Assembly (NCBI GenBank): GCA_030770535.1
Contig: JASVEC010000015.1
Location: 1,054,001 to 1,104,915 of the forward strand
Length of the DNA stretch: 50,915 bases
Source of the DNA: Batkoa obscura
Lineage: Eukaryota
Direction of reading: 5' to 3'
Shown here: piece by piece, positions 10,282 to 23,447 of the stretch
Numbering within the stretch: position 1 is the stretch's first letter
How the letters are laid out: every line of letters starts with the position of its first letter
Made by a program: the position numbers and the translations under genes
The notes under the pieces: generated by a model
Database searches by the model: none
The model's input: only the letters and a program-made list of their open reading frames with translations
What the model was told of the DNA's origin: nothing

Positions 10282-11803
10282 ATGGAATGTGAAAACTGTA
10301 ATACAATCAAAAATAAAATGATATGCAAGAGTTGTATCAAAATAGAGTAAATCAATAACACTAATATAAAACCAACATAATAACACTTCTATTAGAATTA
10401 GAAATTTTCGAAAAGATCAATCATTAGGTGAACATGAAAGAAAGATTATTATTAAAAGGTTAGCTTCTCAATGGCCAACCCAATTAAATATACTACAAGC
10501 TCAAAGAGCTAAATTAAAACAATCAATAGACTATAATTCTGAACTAAAGTCTCAAATTAGTGAAGCAGTTGCCCAAGGTAAGTGATCTTCACTCAATCGT
10601 TTTTAATGATTAACTTTTTATCTAGCTAATAATAGGATAAAATACCTTCAAGAAGAAAATATGGTTAGAAAAGAAAGGTTAGATATTGTCAGGAAAAACT
10701 ACCAAACTTATACTGCATTGGTCAATAATCAGCAGAATACCAGAGAGACTAAACTTAAAGAAGGAGATAAAGTTGCTCAACAGAGATTACATCAGACAAG
10801 AAGAGCGCTTATATCTTCCCTCGGAGAATTAGGAATCCATACAATAATCTTACCCACTATTTCATCAAGTAAAAAAACAACTTTAAATAAAGAAACAAGA
10901 ACAGAGGATACCGCAAGATCAAGTAATTTAAATACAAATATTGATTACTTAAAAGCTACTAGTAATGAAATCCAAACAGTAGCTAGAAGAAGTTCACGCA
11001 ATGATAGAGGACTACAGTTAAGGAATAATAGTGAGCCTTTGGGCGGTGTGTTTTTTTCATTACATATTACAGTCCTAGTTGCAAGGTATTTAGGGGTTTC
11101 AATACCCTTTGATACAAAAGTAATTGGGCCATTTTCAACTATTTATTTAAAACATGATTACCCAGATTACCAGGAGTTTAAGTAAGGAATATAATAATGC
11201 AGCTTTATATAATAAGTAAATTAACAAACACATTATTTTAGTTCAATTCCGTTGTATGAAATAGAGTCAAAAAGGGAATATAAAGAGTTACTAAAAATCA
11301 TGGTTAGTTATAATCAAATTTATCTCCATTATTTACAGCTTTTGTCCCACGGAGTCAACCCTAAATTAAATAATTTAACCGAATATAGCTTGGAGGGCAT
11401 AGGGACAGAAGGATTGATCATGTTTTTAGAGTCTTGTAAAAGAGGATGGGGAAATAAAACATTAAATAGCAATGCTTTATTAGGATCAGGTATTGATCCC
11501 ACTTTTCGACCAGATTTTCATCAGTTTTTATGGAAAATGAAAGGTGCAGCAAATACAGTTGGGAAAAAAGGGGTTTATACGGTTCATGAAAACCATTTTT
11601 CATCAGAGATCCCTAGCTCATTATTAGATGAAGATTATGATACTGACTTTTCACATTCCCAGTTGCCTCCTGCTCATAAACTAACGAGTTCAAATGATGG
11701 TAAAGCTGGGGTTGAAAAACCAGATTTAGAAGATGAGGCCTGGGAAAGCGTTGACGTTGTTTTACCTCCCACACCAGCAGAACTAGAAGCGTTCGGTATT
11801 TAA
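10282..11803 (+). CDS. Atg14/UVRAG(Vps38)-family PI3K complex subunit (about 4 exons)
   Basis: N-terminal MECENC...MICKSC zinc motif, coiled coil, LVARYLGVSIPF segment and acidic EAWESV near the C-terminus. Three GT-AG introns join the frames. Confidence 0.6.
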
Positions 11804-11848
11804 TAAGAATTAATAATTTTATGGAATAGGTGTATTAATAAACTATTT

Positions 11849-11946
11849 GGAGATGTGTTTTTGTGTTTAAGAATTTTACTAACAATTTTCCCGCTTAAAT
11901 AGTGCTTAAAAGATGGAAAAATAATGAAGTTGAAAAAAACACTCCC
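11849..11946 (+). mobile_element. MITE between convergent genes
   Basis: Consensus match, ATTT TSD. Confidence 0.9.
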
Positions 11947-11995
11947 ATTTATTAATAAAATGTCATGGAATTTAATAAATGATAAAAGTAATGTT

Positions 11996-13308
11996 TTATT
12001 CGACTTTTATTTGGGAATTTGCTTTTATATTATTGTTCTTGTTATAATATTCTATAAATTCTTTTTTATCATCGATATTTAGAGTAAGTTTTCGGAGCTT
12101 TGAAACGTTACTCAATAATGAAGCAATTAATTGAGTTCTATCCCCTTCATTTTCTTTTTCTTTAATATAACTATTAGCTTCTTCATTATTTAATATTTGA
12201 ATTATAATATTGTTCTTAAATTGACTAATTAGCTTAATAAAGTGAAAGCCCAAGTTGCCAATAGGAAAAGTAGGAGAAAAATCATTGAACGGGTATCTAA
12301 TAAGGGAGAATGAGGTTAATATAAATAGCATTAATAAATATTAATAAATATTACTTTATATAAACAACGCGCATATTCAAATTGTCTTCATTTAAATCAT
12401 TAAACAAATCTGTAATAGGCTTTAATACACCTCTACCATTTGTTGAAGTACCCTTATAAGAAATAAGTAAATCAAAATGAAACTTCATAATAAATAATCT
12501 TACTTCCAAAAAAATAACAATAGGACCTAAACCTTCATTTTTAACACATTGTATGAATTCATTTAATTCATGACTATCATTGTCTTTTAGAATTGTTAAT
12601 TTCCCGAAATTTATTATACTATTCCATAATGTATCCTTTGAAAGTCTTCCAGTTTTTGAACAAATTTTTGTAAACACTGGGTTATACCTAAAATAATAAA
12701 TAACTAAACATCATAACTAAACATGAAAAATAAGCTTACTTCATTTGCAAATAAAGTAAGTCTAAATAAGATGAAGAATTAACAATAATTAATTCCCCAA
12801 CTTTAGGTTGATTAACTTTAATTTTAGTTTTATTATTAATACCACGTTTTAAAGAAATTGAATTAGTTTTGATATTAAAAAAACCAAACAATAATAATAA
12901 TAGTCTTATTGCTATACTTAGTATTATCCCTCGAAATAAAGGGTTAAGTAATTTCTATTAAATTATTAATTAATATTAACTTAAATACAACTTCACTTAC
13001 GACACTCCCAATTTGATAACTAATAAAACTAATGAGTGATAATAGTAATATAATGGGTAGTTTAATAATAACTAATATTGTTCCAAATAAATAGTTTTTA
13101 ACTACGTTGAAAATCACATTTAGTGTAGTTTCATTCTTTCTTTGAGGCTAGATTCAAGATTAATTAATGCATTTTTTCAATATTATTTGATTACAATTAT
13201 TGGAAGGAAAGGTTGAATCCCGGTTCCTGGATCCTAATAATTTGTGTTAGTATTGTACCTTTAATAGTATATTGTATATATTACTCTCCATTTAGAATAT
13301 TTTTCCAT
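11996..13308 (-). CDS. LOA1: Lysophosphatidic acid acyltransferase, Loa1/Vps66 family (multi-exon)
   Basis: Spliced start MEKYSKWR|DPGTGIQPFLP, transmembrane segments and acyltransferase motif IFLE|GTSTNGRGVL. Confidence 0.8.
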
Positions 13309-13505
13309 CTTAATTTAAAATTTGTAAAAAAGCAATGTGTGAGAGTAATTTGAAATAAATAAAACTCAGAACAAATCAAAAATTAGAAAATGTATTGATA
13401 AATTAACATTTTATTGTAATAAAAATAAGTTACATGCATAAAATTTTCTATAATTAAATATGCCTGCTGATAGTTAAATTTTTGTCTTCAAAATAAAATA
13501 GATAT

Positions 13506-14641
13506 TTACTCAAGGTATTCACTTAATAAAGCATCATAGTCATCATAAGATACTACGCTTCTTCTGTTTGTACTGTTCTCAGTCCCATTTACATTTTCAT
13601 CTCTGTTTTCGATCTTAATCTTTTTTTTACTCTTTACTATTTTTCCTTTACTGTTGCCATCAGTATTGTCTATATCTTTATACGAAGGCCCTTTTGCCCC
13701 ATTTCCTGCTTTATACATTGCTTCTTTTTCATCATCAGAGAAATCTTCGATTGCACTTACTTCTTCATCATAAAAATTTGACGCATCTATACCTTTTTGT
13801 TTTAATAACTCAGGCACATTAACATATTTAATGTCTTTCTCAGTATAATATACTTTACTCCCAATTTGATGTTGTAGTTTAATAGGCTCTGAGCTATTAT
13901 CTATCTCTTTATTATCTATATCTTCTATTTTGATATCAGTAGCTACTACTTTATCATCCATATTTCCTACTTTACTATCACTATCTTCTTGATTTACATT
14001 ACTATCGTTTTTATCTTTTGATTCATTTTCTTTAAATTTGACTAAATAAAATGGTCTTTCAACAGGGCCAAATGTTTCGTGGATTCTACCAAGAACTTTT
14101 CGATTTTCCGATACAACTATAGTTTCAGAATCCAAAGCTACTTCTGCGTCATCAATTTTGATCTTTTTATATGCTTGAACAATAAATGTGTTATGATTAA
14201 TAATATTACTAATCTCTCCTAGATATTCAATAGGAATTGTCATATCTAGCTCCTTGGGTAAGGGGAGATCAAAGATAAGTTGGTCTGCAACAATGGTATC
14301 TACTTCATGTACTGATTTTATCGGATTTAAAAAGGCTGGTGTTTCATACAAATCTACTGCTTTTAAACCATCTGAATCGTTATCGCTATTATTGGAGTCA
14401 ATCGAAGAATCTTCATCAGAACCAAATTTCATGAAATCTATAATAGATTAAGTAAATTAAAAAATTAAACATGATCTAAACTTAAGCTACCTTTTTCTTT
14501 TTCGGCATATTTTTGTTTATTTAGAATCCTCCAACTTTTATTTTCACTAACATATTCATTTGGTTTTTTAACTTCTGATTTATCACTTTCGTTTTCAGAA
14601 TCCGTCAGCTCAATTATCCTATCACTATCACTATTACTCAT
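13506..14641 (-). CDS. NAF1: H/ACA RNP assembly factor Naf1 (2 exons)
   Basis: Gar1/Naf1 domain LGRIHETFGPVERPFY and KGIDASNFYDEEV...FSDDEKE. Exon 14641-14491 splices in frame. Confidence 0.9.
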
Positions 14642-15087
14642 TGTATATACTGTCTTTATTAAAAAGAATTAGTATTATCAAGTTTGCTTTTTGGGAAGTA
14701 TTTTTTAAAAAGTTGTAATTTGCTATTTAGAATACTTCCTTCTTCCAATCAATAGACTTTGGGGGCAAAGTTAATCCAATCAAAGCCTTCAAAAAACTTA
14801 GGGTAGAATTCTCAAAGCTAAGCCTTAAGCTATTTCTGTGGACTATAACTTTCATTGGTTAAACAAATGCAGAAGTTGGAGACAATTGACCTAAAATTAG
14901 TTTTTAGTAAAATTTTGCAAGTTAAATAATAATTAAATGAGTAGAGATGTTTAAAAGTTATTAAAAAAGTTTAAATTTTATGTTAATAGAAAATGGACAA
15001 AACAAAAAAACATTTATTGTTATTTATTATATGAAATCAAGTTGGTATCTTAATTTAAAATGTTTACATTCATAAAAAATTATTTAA

Positions 15088-15176
15088 TATATTTTTTTGT
15101 CCAAGAGCCCTACTAATAATTTTTCTACTCAAATAGCTCTTAAAATGGAAAAAGTGATAAAATCAAAAAACACCCC
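15088..15176 (+). mobile_element. MITE, degenerate, left end lost
   Basis: Core and AAAAAACACCCC end followed by AATT. Confidence 0.7.
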
Positions 15177-15393
15177 AATTTAATAAAGTTAAACTTTAAG
15201 AATTCTTACAGATATTTATTAAAATATGGATATGTGTGGTGGTAATAAGATAAAGAATTGTCTTAATCTATTTAATTAAATTTTCACATCAAAACTACCT
15301 TTCTAGAAACAATAATTTCTATCCATTTTTATTGTTCAATAACTGAAAGCTATTAAAGCAACACAGGCGGCTTTTCTGTAAATAATATTTAAT

Positions 15394-15550
15394 CACATCT
15401 TTTTGAAAAATGTAAAACTCCAACGGTTTAGCAATTGACAGCAAAAAATTAACAAAAATTAATCAAAATCATACAATTTATAGTTTTTTGTTTAGTTTTT
15501 CTGCTTGCAGTTGTTAAACATCAGAATTTTGTATATTTTTCAAAAAGGTG
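15394..15550. repeat. Fold-back inverted repeat (~65-bp arms), probable MITE of another family
   Basis: CACATCTTTTTGAAAAATGTAAAACTCC... pairs with ...GAATTTTGTATATTTTTCAAAAAGGTG. Confidence 0.7.
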
Positions 15551-15994
15551 TATTTCGAATTAGTAAAATTAATAAATAGATAAACAAAAGCAGTTAATGA
15601 TTGAGTTGATCTTAAATTAAGAAAGTTAATATATTGCTAATTATAACATAAATTGTAAAGATTACTGAATTATTACTAAAATCATTGCCAAGACAAAACA
15701 TTTACGTTACCAATAAAGTCAATTCTAGATTTCTTAAAACAGTTAAATGATGATTCAAGTTATAGTATAAACACAAGACAGTTAGCAAGATAAAAATTAA
15801 TTCCAGTTAAAGTTAACTATAACATTAAATATGTTAGAACAATCAAAATATTAGTAACGATAGTTAAAAACCGAAATTATCTACAGAACTAAATACTATA
15901 TAAACCATTGAATTTACTCTCTTTAAAATTATCAACTTAAACATTTAATTTTTTAATACCCATACATTTAAACTAATACTAAATAATAATCAAT

Positions 15995-16390
15995 ATGAAA
16001 TTTGCTGCTACCTTTGTTACCATCCTTTTAGCTTCCGTTGCTGCTCAAGATTCTCAAGATAGTGCTAGTGATGTTGTTGCCTCTGGTAAAAGTGCTGCCT
16101 CTAGTGTATCTGCATCTGCTGCTACTGTAATCTCTGCTGCTAGTGATGCTGCCTCTAAAGCCGTTTCTGGCACTGACTCAGCCACTGGCTCTGATGTCAA
16201 GCCAACTGCAAGTGGCTCTGCTGCTGCTAAAGCTTCTGGTTCTGCTTCAGGCAGTGCAGGTGCTAAAAGCGCTTCAGCTAAGGCAGGTGCTAAGAGTGGA
16301 AGTGCTATGAATGCTAATTCAAATGCCTCTCTCTTAACTTACTCTCCATTATTGGCTTTCGCTTTAATCCCTGCCTCCATGAACTTTTAG
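15995..16390 (+). CDS. Secreted Ser/Ala-rich, probably GPI-anchored cell-surface protein
   Basis: Signal peptide MKFAATFVTILLASVAA, S/A/G-rich body, NA omega-like site and hydrophobic tail; TATAAA upstream. Confidence 0.85.
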   Translation: MKFAATFVTILLASVAAQDSQDSASDVVASGKSAASSVSASAATVISAASDAASKAVSGTDSATGSDVKPTASGSAAAKASGSASGSAGAKSASAKAGAKSGSAMNANSNASLLTYSPLLAFALIPASMNF

Positions 16391-16808
16391 AATAACTGCA
16401 TTTTATTAATAAATATTATAAATTGAATCACGTTTTTTTTACAAGTTTACTTTATAAGCGTAAAAATTGTTAAAATTTATGATAGTTATAAAATCAATAA
16501 TTAACTATTTTCAGGTTTTTGAATGACCTGGATTACCGAATTTCGTTTATTACAAAAGGTAATATCCATTTTACAAAGCGTTATTTCAAAATCAAAATTT
16601 TAATATAAATGTTGTTTTAAAGCCTTATGATTTAAGTTAAAATTTGCTTTATAAAATAACAGAAAATACTTAGCTGCTATAATTTCTAAAGTAATCTAAT
16701 AGGATTATTTTAACGGTAATAACTATATAATGTACAGCAAATTTGTTTACTAATATAATTCTTTAAATCAAAATTTTAAACTTTATTTGATATTTCGATT
16801 TAACATAT

Positions 16809-16902
16809 GGGGTGTTTTTTAACTTTATTACTTTTTCCATCTTAAGTATTATTTGAATGAAAAATTTGTTAGTAAAATTCTTAAGTACAAAAATACATCC
16901 CC
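16809..16902 (-). mobile_element. MITE
   Basis: Consensus match, ATAT TSD. Confidence 0.9.
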
Positions 16903-18614
16903 ATATAGTACTGCTTAAATTCTGCTTATAGCTCTACCTACAAAAAGACCTATAAGACCCCATTAGTTATACTGTACATTAAGTCCTCCAGTTTCCATAA
17001 TGTCTATAAATAGAGCAAAAGTTGATATAAAAGCTAATTTCTTTGAATAAATGAACTAGTTTTATTAACACAACCTTAAAGATGCCGAAGACTCCCAAGT
17101 GTTTATTTCGGGGGAATAAGATTCTGAACGACTAACTCGCGAAATGAAGATAGTGTGAAAAGAGATAAAATGACGGGAGAGAAAAGGAGACGGATGAGCT
17201 ATTTCTTAGAGGCCCAAAACGATAAGGTTGACAATTGCTTAAAAAACGCCTTGTATTAAATCATTTACGTTACATTTATGTTAAATACATCTTAAATTTT
17301 GATTGTAGTTATCAAAGTATAATCAATACGCAATTTTTAAGTCGAATAATATTTGCCCATTTTTAATGGAATATAGTTGAGATTATACATTATAATTTAA
17401 ATTTACCATAATTTTAGTATAATCAATTGTTTGATATTAAAGTTGAATAAATAAAACAATAAGAGCTATTTACAAATAATAATAAAAAGGACTTTAGAAT
17501 AAATTAAATATTATACAAGTATGGAAAGCTCTTAAAGTTAATATAAGTTATCTTGAATTATTATTTTTCACAATAGGTTAAATATGGAACAAATCATGTT
17601 TCCCTCCTCAAATTGTTTAGTAAATTGGGGTACTATTAATTAAATGAGTATAGAAGTTGCATTATACGTGAATATAAAAAGATAATAGGATAATAAACAG
17701 GCATTCAATAATAAAAATTCTAAAACACTTTCCTTCCTTCTGTGGCAAGAAATGTGGAGGCAATTTAAAATAAATAAATTTAAATTGATCCTTTTCTCAT
17801 TTTGGGAAAATTACTTTATTATTAGCAGAATGCTTTAAGAATATATTTTTTCCCTGTAATCTAATGATAGTCTCTTCCCCCTTCCCTTTAGATTACCCCT
17901 CATAAATCAAAACATTTAGGAGTCTGTACAACTTTTCAAGGTTATTAAAAAAGAAAAAAGAAAAAATAAGTTTTTGAAATAATTTTATATCATGTTGTTA
18001 AAAAGTAATTGGTTTGATAATATAGAGCTCATTACAAAATGTTATAAAAAACAACTTATTAGAAACGTAATAGAATAATTACTTGAGATTAGAATGACTT
18101 TGACGATGACAAGTTGAAGTAATAATTTATTATTAATTGTCACAACATTAAAATAAAAATTAGCCGCCAGTTTTTTTATTGAAGTGATTTAAAAAACGAA
18201 AGTGCACTAAAGGTCAGCAGTTGAAAGTTAAATAAATAGTTTGAATTTTTTTTAGAAAAATTCTTTATTTTATATCTAATTTTTATTATATTAAAATAAT
18301 ACAAAATAGACCTAACAAAAATGAGTCGTATCAAAATAATTATATAATGCAAAACCATAAGCATTTAGATTTATGCTTTATATTTCAAATAAAAGTTTGA
18401 TTTTAATTAGGTTTCTGATAGTTCCCAGGCATGGGAAGAGTAAAGAATAAATAATCCATATTAAAAAAGAAAGGCAAAAGAATCACTTGACAATCAAAAT
18501 CAATCATCTATTAGATATTTTATAGCCGGGTTTATTTATTGTTAAATTTTGTTTAAGGTACAATCAATTGTGATTAGTATAATCTTTAATTATACAAAAG
18601 TAAAATATAACAGA

Positions 18615-18660
18615 AATAATAAAAATAATAAAAATAATAAAAGTAATAAAAATAATAGAA
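18615..18660. repeat. AATAATAAA short tandem repeat (~5 units)
   Basis: Read directly from the sequence. Confidence 0.7.
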
Positions 18661-19141
18661 TATGATATTTCTTTTTTAAATACAAGTTTTTAATTAAATT
18701 AAATTAATTTTTTTACATATATAGGTAGATGTATAAATTCTGTTAGAAAAAAGCAATATTCTTTAAATAGCCTTAATAGGGAATTAATACCACTAACGGG
18801 AATGTAGGTTGTCAAAAATAAGTTTTTACTTTCTTAAATTTCCTAATAGGTTGGAGTTCAAATAAGTTTTACCTTTAGATTAGGCTTTAAGTCATTTTGT
18901 ATGCAATGTGATTTAACACCATAGATAGGAATCATGCTAGGTGAATATTGATTTCAAATTACTCCCTTAAAAAAGTAAAAGTTGGATCACTGGGAAGTAT
19001 AAATAAACAATAAATTATTGTTTAACAATTAATATTTTTATTTATCTTATCTTACCTTACCTTTAAAACAGGTTTTTATAATAAATCAAATATATAAAAA
19101 AGAGGTATTGAAAATTCAATTGTACTGTTTTAATTTGATCC

Positions 19142-20886
19142 ATGTCTGAAATAAAACAAACTTCGCAGCCTGCTGACAGTGTAAAAGGGGAGGAAAGCGG
19201 CAATTTTTTTATAAGGTTATTACAAAAACATTATGGTCGTGTATATCTTGAAAAGAGTGAAAAACAAATTTTGCGAGAAAAATATTTGATACCAAATGTG
19301 ATATCATTCAACCGTTGGTTTTTATTCCCTGCTTCTGTTTTATTACAGTTCTGCTGTGGTTCTCTATATGCTTGGTCTGTTTATAATACCCCCATCGATA
19401 AATATATCTATGGCTATGATGCTAGTAATTTTGCTTTTATATTATTATTATTGTTATTCACTTTGTTATAGAAATGGCCCCAATCACTTTTTATATTGCT
19501 GTAGGTTTCTTTGGCTTTAGTACTGCTGTTATGGGCCCATGGTTAGAAAGAAAAGGACCTTTATTATCTGGATTGACAGGAACTTCTCTTTTTTTCTTAG
19601 GAAACTTGTTAACTGGTTTGGCTCTTTATGTTAGACAAATATGGTTAGTTTATGTAGGTTATGGAGTAATAGGTGGTTTTGGTTTAGGATTATGTTATAT
19701 TACCCCAGTTTCTGCTTTACAAAAATGGTTTCCAGATAAGCGTGGTTTAGGTTCAGGCTTTGCTGTATGTGGATTTGGTGCAGGATCAATTGTTACTGCA
19801 TTAATTCCTTTACCTTTAATTAGTGCTGTTGATTTACCTCTAACATTTGTTATTATGGGTTCTTGCTTCTTTGTTTTAATGGTATTAGCATCCTCTGTAT
19901 TACGTACCCCGCCACCAGGCTATATTGTCAATGGCTTAGATATTTATGGTAAAAAAGTAGGACAAGAAGCAAATGACGTTGTTGGCGAAAGCTTTGATCC
20001 AAATATTGTTAAAATTGAAGAAAATAAGCAAATCGTTAAACCTGCGCCCAGTTTAATAGAGTTGAGCTTGATTGATTCATTGCTTAGTAGAGAGTTCCGT
20101 TTAATGTATGCCGTATTTTTTGCAAATGCTGTTTTTGGATTAGTAGTTATATCAAGATTATCTAATATGATTACGGATATATTTGGTCAACCTAAAGAAG
20201 TAGCTGCTCAAATCGTATCTGTTAATGGGGGATTTAATTTATTTGGTAGATTGTTTTTTAGTATTTTGTCTGATTATGTAGGACGTAAATGGTGTTATGT
20301 AATTATGATAAGTTTCCAACTGATCATTTTGGGTTGCTTTTCTACTATGTTAGAACACCAAGCTTATTGGGCTTTTGTTGTTACTATGTGGATTCTAACT
20401 GCTTGTTATGGTGGTGGTTTTGGTGTTATTCCTGCCTTTTTAACTGATATGTTTGGACCAAGTAATATTGGAGCATGTCATGGGTAAGTGCTTTCATGTC
20501 TACATCCTTATTTTATATTAAATGTTTTTTATAGTGTCATTTTAACTGCTTGGTCCTTAGCTGGTGTTGGTGGTGGTTTAGTTTTCACAGCTGTGTTTAA
20601 TCATCTTCTTGCTGTTGGATACACTTCTAAAGATTTGCCTCCATATACTTACAATGTGTGGTGGATCTTTGCCATTGTTACTATTGGTTGGTTTACTTTG
20701 TTCTTCTTACGCGTGTCGCTTCAAGACCGCTTACTTCCAAAGAAAGAAGGTGAATTAATAAGATTACGGGTTGCTACTTATGTTATAAGAGTCTATCATA
20801 AACCTGGGTTTAAAGTTGAGGTTCTTAAAAAGGCTCAGTTTGATCAAGAATGGCAAGAATACCTTACTTCAAAAAATAATAGCTAA
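19142..20886 (+). CDS. MFS transporter, oxalate:formate antiporter (OFA/YhjX-like) family (3 exons)
   Basis: GSLYAWSVYN, LQKWFPDKRGLGSG and YGGGFGVIPAFLTDMFG motifs; introns at about 19426-19471 and 20484-20534. Confidence 0.9.
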
Positions 20887-20948
20887 ATAGTTAATAATCA
20901 TTTACCTTCTCATAATTCATAATAAAGTTAATATTTTTATATCTAAAT

Positions 20949-21043
20949 GGGGATGTATTTTTTCTAAGAATTTTACTAAAAATTTTTCCACTCAAATAGC
21001 ATCTGAAAAATGGAAAAAATAATGAAGGCAAAGAAAACAGTCC
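20949..21043 (+). mobile_element. MITE between convergent genes
   Basis: Consensus match, AAAT TSD. Confidence 0.85.
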
Positions 21044-21079
21044 AAATTTTAAAATTATTAAAACTGAGTAAATTTTATT

Positions 21080-22881
21080 TTATAATAAATCTAACAAATC
21101 ATTATCAATATTATTATTGTTTGTAGTATTAGCACTTGAATTGTTACTAGTGCTTTTAGTTGTAGAAGGTTTAAAGTCTTTAAACGGGTCTAAATTTGCA
21201 AAAGCGTTGCTAAGGTTGTTCATGTTGTTATCCTTATTCTGCTTTGTGCTATTATTATTATTAAATAACCCAGTGGTAGAGTTATCGAAAAGATTCTAAA
21301 CAATTGTTAACATAAAATAAAATTTGGTATAATATAACTTACTGAAGACGTTTGATGTGTATTCATAGTTGTAAAGGAACCAAAGTTATTATTATTATTG
21401 TTTCCGAATGAAAAATCTAATTCAGATAAATTTGAGTTATTATTATTAAAGGTATTTAAATTCGAGTGAAAACCATTTCCAACATTAGCAGAATTGATGT
21501 TAGTACTTGCATAGCCAAAGGAAGTATTATTCATATGGTTGTTCATGTTTATATTGCCCATATTCATACTATTCATTCATATCATATTCATATTCATATT
21601 GTTACCCATATTCATATTGTTACCCATATTCATATTGTTACATATTGTTACCATATTCATATTAACACTATTATTCGTCTGTGTATTGCTGCTAAATAGT
21701 GACATAATATAATCTTTATCATTCTTCTTTTCTTCACTTTTGACAGCGTTCTTATTTGAATCTACAATGAACATAAATTAATATATTTAAAATATAACCA
21801 TCAAAAATCAATTTACCTTCATTCACAGCTGTGCTTTGATTACTGTTACTTGAAGGGGGTGGAGGAAAAGAAAAGTCTCCAAAATCATCCATTGGGTTTT
21901 TATCACTTTTAGTAACTTTTGATGGTGCTGCAGGAGTAGCTTGGTCAAAATCACCAAATAGGTCTATTTCTGGTTTAGGACTTATGATGTTGTCTTTTAA
22001 TCCTAAAACGGCACTGGCTTTAGAAGAAGGCTTGTTATTAAATTTATCAGAAGCGGTGTTGACTAATATCTCGATGGCTCTTTCAATGGATCCTTTAGCC
22101 TCTTTTAATGCCATAAGGTTTTGTCTTTCATTATCAAACCCCATGGCCTTTAATTGTACTAAGCGTGGATCGTTTTTGTTACTGTTGCTACTTGAAGCAT
22201 CATTTCCATTTAACTTATCTTCAACTAATAGCGAAATAGCTGCGTTTACGTTTAATTTTGTGCGTATAAGTGCCCTCCTATTACGTTCAATATCTTTAAA
22301 CCCCATATCGTACATGCTTTTAACAGCAATACTCATTGCTTTATCATTATCATTTAGCGTATCGGGATTGGAAGCCTAAATTAACGATATATTAATAATA
22401 ATAAAACTGCACTATATATCTCTATTACTTGACCCCCAGGTTTAAAAAACCTTTTCTTTTCATATTTATCTCTAATATACTGTTCCATACCATCATCATC
22501 ATTAGGTACAGGTCTACTCTTTGCTTGATATAAATAAAGTTCGTTTACTTTAGTGTTTCCCCATTTTTCCATATTCTCAATTTGGTCATCTTTCCAAGAA
22601 TCTAAACTTATACTCTTGACTTTACTGATATGAGTGCCCATACGACGATGTATACCCCCACATCTTATACATAAAAAACAACCAATGTTAAATGAGGCCC
22701 AACGAGGCCCTATTATAGAGTAGAGTTAGATTTGATAATAATTCAATAGTTAGCATTTATCATTACCATTAGCACCACAATCACAACAGGCGCTATTTCC
22801 AGGCTGCTTGACTAAAGTCAATAATTTACGTTCATTGATTTCTTGTTGCTTTTTTGCTTCCTTGCTTGATAATGAAGCCAT
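21080..22881 (-). CDS. ArfGAP with two UBA domains (Gts1/Age2/SMAP-like), multi-exon
   Basis: CCDCGA..PRWASFNIGCFLCIRCGGIHRRMGTHISKVKS zinc finger, two MGF-type UBA motifs and a DPF motif. An in-frame stop is present in the Asn/Met repeat. Confidence 0.88.
21580..21665 (-). repeat. 18-bp/6-bp tandem repeat encoding MGNNMN
   Basis: catattcatattgttacc units. Confidence 0.85.
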
Positions 22882-23038
22882 ATTTTTATTTTATAATTTA
22901 AAAAGATTCTTTTTAAAATTGGCGTGTTGTCATTTAATTTGACCTTAGCCAATAAAATAGTTCCAGATTAGTTAAATTTAATTTTATAGTGACAATAAGA
23001 CAGCTTAAAATTGTTTTCATAATAGACAATTCCTTGTA

Positions 23039-23246
23039 TAGCACTTTGAAATGGTTGGGTCAAAAAGCCAGGCACTTTTTAAGTCCTAATATGGACTTTC
23101 TATATGTTTATTTAAAATAATGCTTAGTATAGTTGTACTACCTATAGGTTGAGATTTAAGTTAGAATTTTAAATATAATTTCATTATAGCACATATGGAC
23201 TTAAAAGGTCCTTGGTTTTTGGACTTAATCATTTCAGAAAATGCCA
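23039..23246. repeat. ~210-bp element with ~55-bp imperfect TIRs, probable MITE of a third family
   Basis: GCACTTTGAAATGGTTGGGTCAAAAAGCCAGGCACTTTTTAAGTCC pairs with GGACTTAAAAGGTCCTTGGTTTTTGGACTTAATCATTTCAGAAAATGCC; TA on both flanks. Confidence 0.7.
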
Positions 23247-23447
23247 TAAGATAGACTTAGTAAAAAAAGTAAATTCTAAACTCAGACCATTAGGTAAGAT
23301 CAAATTTATCCTAACTTTGAGCAGAACTATAAATGAATAACTTATTTAAAAAAACTTCTCACATTTTAATATTAATAAAAAAGTATAAATAAATCAAAAT
23401 TTAATATAATGAAAATTATGTTAATAGCCTAAGTGTTAGCAAATCTT

